A stretch of DNA of 64,000 nucleotides from Parcubacteria group bacterium (GTDB taxonomy: Bacteria > Patescibacteriota > Minisyncoccia > Moranbacterales > GCA-2747515): positions 136,535 to 200,534 of the forward strand of contig JBAZXC010000001.1 of the NCBI GenBank assembly GCA_041660065.1. The letters run 5' to 3'. The notes below the pieces were generated by a model. That model made no database searches, had not been told where the DNA came from, and saw only the letters and a list, made by a program, of their open reading frames with translations. This document shows, in pieces, positions 43,650 to 50,216 of this stretch. Position 1 is the stretch's first letter. The number at the start of each line of letters is the position of its first letter. The translations under genes and the position numbers were made by a program.

Positions 43650-43668
43650 CCGATATCCGTTATTATGT
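43650..43668 (-). repeat. attC-like left arm (R''/L''), degenerate R''
   Basis: ACATAAT-AA-CGGATATCGG; same spacing as CGATAAC-AC-TCGATATCCG (44909-44927). Confidence 0.55.
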
Positions 43669-43676
43669 ATCAAGTG

Positions 43677-43910
43677 AAAAATCGGGGATGACGCATTTGC
43701 ATCACCCCCGTTGTTGTGAGATGAGATCAAGTGTCTCTTTCCCTAGGCCATTCTCACCCGGCCAAAGGTTTTCGCCTTTCTGCTGTTTACCCGCTGGGTC
43801 GGAGTCGTCATTTCTCCTCCGCATGGGGTAGCTTGGTCTGGCCGCTTGTAAGGGAACAGCAGTTATTCCTTGCAACAGGATCAGGGTGCGTTAGGTGAAC
43901 CTGATTTTTT
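43677..43910 (-). ncRNA. Putative structured ncRNA (unidentified family) forming an ORF-less cassette
   Basis: GC-rich patch with nested stems and a terminator whose G-U wobbles form only on the - strand. Confidence 0.6.
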
Positions 43911-44028
43911 ATCCTATTGAGTTATTAACAACAAGCAGCATACCATCCTAGCGCCAATTAGACGAAAATTCTATAACTATCCGTATGAATCACCTCCTTT
44001 TTGTTCAGAATTTTTCTAAAAATATTTT

Positions 44029-44195
44029 TCATAACGTTTAAGAATAAAAGAAGTCACACGCCGACTAAAAACGTAAAGCTTATCCTATCCTCGAAACTTG
44101 TTAAATAGCACTGGCTCTATTATATCACAGAACTAAGGCGAGGGATTTGGAAAAATTCCGAGCCGAGGCCATTTTACTTTTATTCTTTGTTAGGC
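44029..44195 (-). repeat. Complete long attC-like site (167 bp) with internal extended -10
   Basis: GCCTAAC-A-AAGAATAAAAG ... CTTTTATTCTT-AAAC-GTTATGA; TGATATAAT in the loop. Confidence 0.8.
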
Positions 44196-44410
44196 GAGGG
44201 TTTGATTTTTTTCCTTGATGTAAGAAATATAAAATAAAAAATCAAAAGCGTGGCGTCCCCTTAAGTTTTAAAGAAAAAATTTTGTTATTTTTAGTTTATA
44301 AAAGACATTTTTCTTAATATTGACACCACATAATAAATTTGATTAAATTAAGCATAGCTCTACACACAAGATGTGCATAAACTAGAAGTCCTAGCCGAAA
44401 GGAGACTAAG

Positions 44411-44575
44411 ATGGGAAATCTTGAAGAGTACTATGACAAGGACTACGGCAGACGGTATTATAAGCTAACAGCCGAAGCAGAAAGGAAAAAGCGACAAAAA
44501 GAAAAAAGGGAGGAGGAGGAACTAAAGCAAAAGGGGACGTGGCCTCACGGTATGCCCTGGGGAGGGAAAAAATAA
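44411..44575 (+). CDS. Small charged hypothetical protein (54 aa)
   Basis: AAGGAG SD, TTGACA promoter at 44320, hairpin + T run downstream; MGNLEEYYDKDYGRRYY... Confidence 0.6.
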   Translation: MGNLEEYYDKDYGRRYYKLTAEAERKKRQKEKREEEELKQKGTWPHGMPWGGKK

Positions 44576-44715
44576 GACCATGCCACGGATGGTATTATCT
44601 CTTGGAGAAACTATCTTACCGCCAATACACCAAAAAGGTTGAGGCGGTTTTTTCTTTGTAAAAAATTTCAAAAAATGGCTGTAAAAAAATAAAATTTAAG
44701 GGCAAAGTCATATTT

Positions 44716-44898
44716 TTATTGGTATGTACAAATATAACTAGAGGTTTCTTTTGCTACGATAGCAAATGGCGCACCTAGCTTGACTACAACTTTTTGACCT
44801 GGCAAACACGGTTCATTATTGATTTCCAACGAACCTGTTAAGCATTGTATGGTTTCTTCACGATCAGGCGTAAAAGTATAATTGCCAGGCTCGACCAC
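44716..44898 (-). pseudogene. 5'-truncated pyrimidine/purine nucleoside phosphorylase (PpnP/DUF1255-like) fragment
   Basis: PGNYTF..EETIQCLTGSLEI...SSYICTY resembles the PpnP C-terminal half; abuts a truncated attC arm. Confidence 0.6.
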
Positions 44899-44908
44899 TT
44901 AGCCCTTG

Positions 44909-44927
44909 CGGATATCGAGTGTTATCG
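44909..44927 (-). repeat. attC-like left arm overlapping a stop codon
   Basis: CGATAAC-AC-TCGATATCCG; the TAA of 44922-45437 lies within R''. Confidence 0.7.
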
Positions 44928-45437
44928 GATGTAATTAAAATTTTTATATTCCTTATGAAGTATGTTTTTAGGTCTGTGTTTACCTTCAGATTGATTTAAT
45001 ATTTTTTTAAACTGCACATTGTCTAGAGTAACAGAACCAAAAAGCTGTATTAAAATTGAAGCCAGCGCGAGTACCGAAGAAATTACAATTGCGAAAAGTG
45101 CCATGTTTTTTGCCGTTTTCGATGATCTTAATGCCTCTCTGAATTCACGATAATCAATATAATTGAAGAAAGCATCGTGATTGAGAATAAATTTATCATT
45201 CTCAATATTTAAAAACATTGTATTTCGTACCGGGAGCATTCCACCATGTCCTTCACGATCAGTATGTACGAATTGCCCGCCATTTAACGTATCACTAATT
45301 TGCTTATTGACAATTTTTTTCTCCCAGTCATTTAGGTCAAGATTTTTTTCTAATTCTTCTTGGGTAAAACCGTCTGGATTTTTATATCCAAATTCAGATA
45401 TTCTTATGTATAAATTTTTTTCTTCTGGGTGTTGCAT
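44922..45437 (-). CDS. Hypothetical cassette protein with one TM helix
   Basis: 171-aa ORF bounded by attC arms. Confidence 0.75.
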   Translation of the reverse strand: MQHPEEKNLYIRISEFGYKNPDGFTQEELEKNLDLNDWEKKIVNKQISDTLNGGQFVHTDREGHGGMLPVRNTMFLNIENDKFILNHDAFFNYIDYREFREALRSSKTAKNMALFAIVISSVLALASILIQLFGSVTLDNVQFKKILNQSEGKHRPKNILHKEYKNFNYIR

Positions 45438-45472
45438 TTTTTATTAAAAGAAAGATAAAAATTTTAATTATT

Positions 45473-45548
45473 TCATAACGTATTGGCATCATGCGAGGTG
45501 CAAAGCATTTGGGTGAAGCGTAGCGGAGCCGGATATGCCGTGTTGTGC
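45473..45548 (-). repeat. Complete attC-like site (76 bp)
   Basis: GCACAAC-AC-GGCATATCCG ... CGCATGATGCC-AATAC-GTTATGA with an extrahelical base. Confidence 0.85.
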
Positions 45549-45570
45549 GATGTAAATTTTTATAATCCAC

Positions 45571-45978
45571 TTATTTAAATGGCTTAAAACCTTGTTTAAT
45601 CAGATTCTGCTGGGGAATAAATAGGGGTTGGGGTGGGTTAGTCCAATCAAACCATGACCATTGTTCACATTTTTTTGGTTCCATAATTTGCAAATCGCCC
45701 GATTCATATTCAGCAGTCATAAATATAGTGATGTAGTGTTTACCTTCAATCGGAAAAATGTCGTTGGTAGCAGCGACAAAGTTTACATTTTTAATGCTCA
45801 AGCCAGTTTCTTCCAAAGTTTCACGTGCCGCACATTCTTCCCATGACTCATTAAATTCAAGGTGACCACCAGGAAAACACCACGAACCGTCACCGTGAGC
45901 ATTTTTACGTTTACCAAAGAGAACTTTGCCATCTTTTAAAACGAGAACTCCAATTCCGACTTTTGGTCTATTTTCCAT
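45571..45978 (-). CDS. Nudix hydrolase (NUDT15/MutT-like)
   Basis: FPGGHLEFNESWEECAARETLEETGL; EPKKCEQW. Confidence 0.95.
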   Translation of the reverse strand: MENRPKVGIGVLVLKDGKVLFGKRKNAHGDGSWCFPGGHLEFNESWEECAARETLEETGLSIKNVNFVAATNDIFPIEGKHYITIFMTAEYESGDLQIMEPKKCEQWSWFDWTNPPQPLFIPQQNLIKQGFKPFK

Positions 45979-46028
45979 ACGTTCAAATATTATTTCCTTA
46001 TTATTAAGTGGGGTAGGACTTTATTAAT

Positions 46029-46796
46029 TTATTTTTCAACAAAATAAACTCCGATGTGTTTGTCGTACAAAAGCTCATCTAAGAGAATTATAATTTTTTC
46101 TGAAATTTTATTTCCTTCTTTAATGTCTTCTTTTGTTAATTCACGACCATGAAATATTTCACCTCTTTTTTGACTGAAATATTGTATCGCTAAATATAAC
46201 TCCTTATCGATTATACCACTTTTGAAGAGGTTTCTGCTTTGATTTAAAACTGATCGATTTCTAAGTTCATCATTTTTTGAAGCCAATGAAAGCTCATTTA
46301 GATTTTCCTGGATTTTTTTATAATTCAGAAAAAATTTATATAAATACCGGCTTAAGTCTGGAATAATTTCTTCATCTTTTTCTGTTTTAACTTTTTTATC
46401 TATTGTAACACCCTTGGTTTTATCGTCTAAATATTTTTTCAACTCCTCAACCTCTTTTTTGTCAAATGGGTGAGTGATAACCTGAACACTTTGTTGCTGG
46501 TTTACAGTAGAAATAATGGTATTTTGTAGTGAAGCAAATTTTTCAATAGTCTCGTGCCTCAAACTTTCAATGTCTTTTTTTATTTTTAAAACATTTAAAA
46601 TACTCAGCTCACTAACTAGTGGCAGCAAGACAACAGATACTATGACAATAAAAAGCATGTTACTAAAAAAGTCTCCTTTGATTGAAAAAATATTGGCTTG
46701 GTAAAGGATAAATACAATAGCTAACAAAATGAATGCTATCAGATTGTACCAGTTCTTTGTATTCATAAAATAAATTAATAAAGCCTCATTTTTCAT
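46029..46796 (-). CDS. Hypothetical cassette protein, 2 N-terminal TM helices, possible HEPN-like C-terminus
   Basis: 255-aa ORF; RGEIFH near C-terminus; true start may be the second ATG (MNTKNW). Confidence 0.7.
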   Translation of the reverse strand: MKNEALLIYFMNTKNWYNLIAFILLAIVFILYQANIFSIKGDFFSNMLFIVIVSVVLLPLVSELSILNVLKIKKDIESLRHETIEKFASLQNTIISTVNQQQSVQVITHPFDKKEVEELKKYLDDKTKGVTIDKKVKTEKDEEIIPDLSRYLYKFFLNYKKIQENLNELSLASKNDELRNRSVLNQSRNLFKSGIIDKELYLAIQYFSQKRGEIFHGRELTKEDIKEGNKISEKIIILLDELLYDKHIGVYFVEK

Positions 46797-46910
46797 AACG
46801 TATCCGAATATCTGAGGTTGCGCCCGTGTTTAATGGCTAAAACTTCAAACATTCTCTTATTGTGATTATATCACTAAACTTTGCTTTGCCGAAGCGCAAT
46901 TTGTCTGCCT
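46793..46910 (-). repeat. attC-like right arm with internal promoter module
   Basis: TTGCGC...GTGATATAAT...GCGCAA-CCTCAGATATTCGGATAC-GTTATGA. Confidence 0.7.
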
Positions 46911-46925
46911 ATGACGATTTGTGTG

Positions 46926-47066
46926 CCACCGCTAAAGCTTTAGCGACACGCGGTCGGCCGTAGTCCTGCCTACCGGTAGGTAGGCAATCTCACTTAGGTG
47001 TTCTGTTTTTCGTGCAATGATCGAGATTGCTTCGTCGCTACACTTCGTTCCGCTCCTCGCAAAGAC
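46926..47066. repeat. Cluster of REP/RPE-like palindromes
   Basis: CGCTAAAGCTTTAGCG; CCTGCCTACCGGTAGGTAGG; GCAATCTC...GAGATTGCTTCG...CTCGCAAAGAC. Confidence 0.75.
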
Positions 47067-47163
47067 TATGGTACAGCGCTTGACTAATGGTAATTAATAT
47101 TATAACCTAATGTAAATACTTGAACGAATAGCATCAAACGAAACCAATGGATAGGAGGAAAAT

Positions 47164-47361
47164 ATGTGCGACAGGAAAGATGTATATAAACTTGTTGAGG
47201 CAATTGCGCGCGCTAAAATGCATTTGAGTGTTAAGCAGATGGATCATTCAAAAGAGTGCAATGCAAGTGAAGGAAGAGGTTGTATTTGTGGAGCTGAAAG
47301 AGTGAATGATGCAATAAAAAAAGCAACAGAGGAATTATCTATTGATAGAATGAAATTCTAA
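47164..47361 (+). CDS. Small hypothetical protein (H..C....C.C motif)
   Basis: AGGAGG SD, TTGACT promoter, terminator at 47395-47424. Confidence 0.65.
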   Translation: MCDRKDVYKLVEAIARAKMHLSVKQMDHSKECNASEGRGCICGAERVNDAIKKATEELSIDRMKF

Positions 47362-47394
47362 TCGTAGTACATTGATTGTGCTAAAACCATCTCG

Positions 47395-47424
47395 GTCCAC
47401 TGGTAATAAACAGTGGACTTTTTT
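47395..47424 (+). terminator. Intrinsic terminator
   Basis: GTCCACTG-gtaataaa-CAGTGGAC-TTTTTT. Confidence 0.8.
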
Positions 47425-47454
47425 ATATAAGTATCAAAAGGGCTATATATGATG

Positions 47455-47514
47455 TACATGTTTTCCTTTAATTCGCCGAAGGCGGATTGCTCTTAAAAAG
47501 AATTCAATTTTGTT
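47455..47514. repeat. Inverted repeat, left copy (pairs with 49719-49772)
   Basis: Perfect 15-bp and 26-bp blocks separated by a small hairpin. Confidence 0.9.
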
Positions 47515-47576
47515 ATTTTGTTTTGGGGAAAGGGCAGAGGAGTTAGGGGTGAATGCCCTTACACCAAAAATCCTTA

Positions 47577-49670
47577 TTATAATTTTTGCATATCACTTAT
47601 TTCATTTTCGATTTTTGTTATTTCAGCCTGAAGTTTTTCGTATAATTTAAAATCAAACTTTTCCTTACTATATAATTTAATTTTACACTTTTCTTTTTGT
47701 ATACAAATATATTGAATGGGATTAAAAGTTTTTTCTTGCCATATTGAAACCGCGTATATTACAAGAAGGGGTATCAACCCCATTATGTATGTTAAGGGCT
47801 CAATTTTATTCCATCCAAATTTTGAAATAATATATACCCAACCTATGAAATAAATAAGTAGCAAAAAGACCGGTGTAAGTTTATACCTTAAGTAAATCTG
47901 TTTGTTGATTTTTTTATCAAATTTATTTTTGGCATCTTCAAGATAAGAAAAATTATTACGCTTTTCTGATAATAATTCCATTTTTATTTTCATGGTTTCG
48001 GTTATAAGTTTTTTTTCTGTATCACCTTGTTTTTTTATTTGATTATCTAAGAGGAGGTTTATACTTTCAACTTCTTTTTTTAGTTGTGTGTTTTCTTCCT
48101 CATGTTTTTTTGCTTTATTTTTAAAATGCTCTTGTTCTTCAATAATTTTGTCTAAATTATTTTCAGCCAATGATTCTAAAATAAAAGATATATTATCATT
48201 CATGATATCTTCAGGTTTTTTTGCCTGCTTTCTTAAGTTGGTAATGGCAAGCGCGACTTGATTATCGTTAAGTTTGCCATTTTTAAATCTTTTTTGTAAC
48301 TCATCAAATTTATTTCCTACCGATTTGTTTAATTGGCTTGAAAGCAGAATCTGAGCTTTTGTTATTACATCAAAAATCTTAGGAAAAGTATTTGTTCCAA
48401 AACCTTTATTCAATTTAAACCAAAATTTGTCAGTTAAAAAGTGTAAAGAGGTAGCCAGGGGGACTTCTCCCGATTTTCTAATGCTTTTATGCCACGCAAC
48501 TTGTAGGGTGGTGTTATTGCCTGATAGAAGTATGTATTTAATATGTTCAAAATTATTATTATATTCATCGGCTCTCTTGATGCTTACGAAGTTAAGTAAC
48601 TCAAGGTTATCTTTAATTTCATTTACGCCAATAGACGCTGCGATTGATTGTTCAATGTTTTCTTCTGCTTTATGAAAAGTTATGTTGTATTTATGATTTT
48701 CTTTTTCATAGTAATTTAGATAATCATCTGCATGAATGTCATTTTTGTTTAATAAGTCAAAAAATATAGTTTTTTTCTCTACAACATCGCTCTTGCTCTT
48801 GCTGCCATTAAGTATGTTATTCATTGCTGGACGCCCTGGGTCAACAACCTCTCCTCCAGATATTATGTATTCTGCTTTTGAAAAATAATTGTGAATATTT
48901 TCTTCAGTCTTTAAAAAATATCTTAGTTTAATAAGTGGTTCCGAAGCTTTCTGGTTTATCTCTTTTACGAATGAATGAAATTCATCAAACAAAGACTTGA
49001 ATAGTTCTCCATTAAAACCAGCAAAATCAAATAAAATTTCTGTATCAAGAAAAATGGTTAATTTCGTATTCCATGAGCCAACGTTACCAATGTTGTCACT
49101 AAACATTATGCCTGTATACAAAACAACCCCTTCTTTTATGCTTTGTAATCTATTGATAAAATCTGGGTTTGGGCTTTTGCTTATTATGAATGCACTGATA
49201 TATTCTGAATATTTTTGATTATTTGATTTATCAAGTAGAAATGAGCAAAAGGAATGCATTATTTCTTTTTTATCAGTCTCGTTTATTTCTTGCTTTTTTT
49301 GAGAAGAAATAAAATCTACTATTTGTTCTATTATTTCATTATTACCTTTAGTAATTTCATCTTTTTTAGGAATAAGGCTCGGGCTTTTAATATTTGATAA
49401 ATTTGCAAAGTATTTGCCTTGGTCTTTGTTTAAAAATTCTTTTAGACGACCTAGCGAAGTTTTTACAACGGCCTCAGGTATATGAAAATTAAAGGTGTCA
49501 TTCAACAAATATGTTATTTCCTGTAAAGTGAAACTGTATTTGGCCTCAGTTATAATTATTTCTTGAAGAAAGCATGAAAGCACACCATATACATCTTTTT
49601 CACTGTCATAAAGTTCTTTAAACAAGGCTAGAGATGCTATTCGACCACTTTCTTCATTAATATTTTCCAT
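47577..49670 (-). CDS. Large hypothetical protein, PIN-like motif + coiled coil + 2 TM
   Basis: 697 aa, AT-rich; IFLDTEILF; C-terminal hydrophobic pair. Confidence 0.8.
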   Translation of the reverse strand: MENINEESGRIASLALFKELYDSEKDVYGVLSCFLQEIIITEAKYSFTLQEITYLLNDTFNFHIPEAVVKTSLGRLKEFLNKDQGKYFANLSNIKSPSLIPKKDEITKGNNEIIEQIVDFISSQKKQEINETDKKEIMHSFCSFLLDKSNNQKYSEYISAFIISKSPNPDFINRLQSIKEGVVLYTGIMFSDNIGNVGSWNTKLTIFLDTEILFDFAGFNGELFKSLFDEFHSFVKEINQKASEPLIKLRYFLKTEENIHNYFSKAEYIISGGEVVDPGRPAMNNILNGSKSKSDVVEKKTIFFDLLNKNDIHADDYLNYYEKENHKYNITFHKAEENIEQSIAASIGVNEIKDNLELLNFVSIKRADEYNNNFEHIKYILLSGNNTTLQVAWHKSIRKSGEVPLATSLHFLTDKFWFKLNKGFGTNTFPKIFDVITKAQILLSSQLNKSVGNKFDELQKRFKNGKLNDNQVALAITNLRKQAKKPEDIMNDNISFILESLAENNLDKIIEEQEHFKNKAKKHEEENTQLKKEVESINLLLDNQIKKQGDTEKKLITETMKIKMELLSEKRNNFSYLEDAKNKFDKKINKQIYLRYKLTPVFLLLIYFIGWVYIISKFGWNKIEPLTYIMGLIPLLVIYAVSIWQEKTFNPIQYICIQKEKCKIKLYSKEKFDFKLYEKLQAEITKIENEISDMQKL

Positions 49671-49718
49671 AGAAATAAATTAAATAAATTCCTTATTCCC
49701 CTTATTAATTAATAAAAA

Positions 49719-49772
49719 AACAAAATTGAATTCTTTTTAAGAGCTGGGCGAAGCCCAAAAGGAAAACATGTA
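49719..49772. repeat. Inverted repeat, right copy (pairs with 47455-47514)
   Basis: AACAAAATTGAATTCTTTTTAAGAGC-tgggcgaagccca-AAAGGAAAACATGTA. Confidence 0.9.
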
Positions 49773-49776
49773 TTCC

Positions 49777-49836
49777 ATATAACTGGTTATCATGCAAAAT
49801 TTCAATCGTATAATAGCTCAAATTTGTATGTTATGC
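49777..49836 (-). repeat. attI- or attC-like site at array head
   Basis: GCATAAC...AAATTTTGCATGAT-AACCA-GTTATAT; differs from the other arms. Confidence 0.55.
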
Positions 49837-49925
49837 GAACATTTGGTATCACTTCTCATATTTGATCTATGGGCAAAATATACCATATTATTTATGAGTC
49901 TCCAAGTTCGTTGCTGGTTGATTTC

Positions 49926-49954
49926 TTGCACAAACGGTTGATGTATGGTACAGT
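49926..49954 (+). promoter_or_regulatory. sigma70 promoter for the T-box/aspS transcript
   Basis: TTGCAC-N17-TACAGT with extended TG. Confidence 0.65.
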
Positions 49955-49960
49955 GTGAAG

Positions 49961-50184
49961 TACGATGCCGATGAAACTGCTGACACAGTGGAGGCAAAAG
50001 GAAGAAATTTTGTCGCAAAACGATTGAAAGAGTAGAACCTTTCGGGTATGCCCGTTATAGCAAACTGATAAAGTGAGTGATCCGCAATACACTGTGATCA
50101 CTAAAAACGGTGGTACCACGGTTTTTTACCAAAAAAGATCGTCCGTTGGGAGCAAATACGTTTGTTTTCGGCGGACGGTTTTTT
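49961..50184 (+). promoter_or_regulatory. T-box riboswitch (transcriptional), ultra-short Stem I, Asp specifier GAC
   Basis: K-turn stem GCCGATGA-A-ACTG-CTGACA-CAGT-GGAGGC; Stem II GAA/AGTA; CCCGTTA; T-box AACGG-TGGTACC-ACG pairing with CGT-CCGTT; terminator + T run. Confidence 0.9.
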
Positions 50185-50216
50185 GGTCACAAATCTTATC
50201 TGGTAAGAATAAAAAT

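Larger units (their letters stand above)
41424..49836 (-). mobile_element. Integron-like gene cassette array without integrase (CALIN-like), decaying
   Basis: AT-rich island; cassette genes co-oriented on - strand; recurring attC-like arms ending ..ATAC/AAAC-GTTRTG at 41424, 42450, 44029, 45473, 46793; attI/attC-like site at 49777. Confidence 0.8.

Noticed and set aside
43677-43910. tmRNA, group II intron or hammerhead identity for the RNA block
   Set aside because: GGGGATGAC start lacks the tmRNA TTCGA and a CCA end; no domain V motif; no CUGANGA core
43985-44002. ATCACCTCCTTT as a 16S rRNA 3' end
   Set aside because: No other 16S sequence upstream; better read as an SD on the - strand
47455-49772. 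IS element defined by the long inverted repeats
   Set aside because: Enclosed protein shows no transposase motifs, no target duplication is visible, and the ends coincide with GTT/AAC-type core sites
49818-50119. Integron integrase next to the array head
   Set aside because: Only short ORFs without tyrosine-recombinase motifs; the region is occupied by the aspS promoter and T-box
50073-50216. N-terminal extension of AspS in the ORF track
   Set aside because: Overlaps the T-box antiterminator/terminator; conserved AspS starts at MLRTH (50217)
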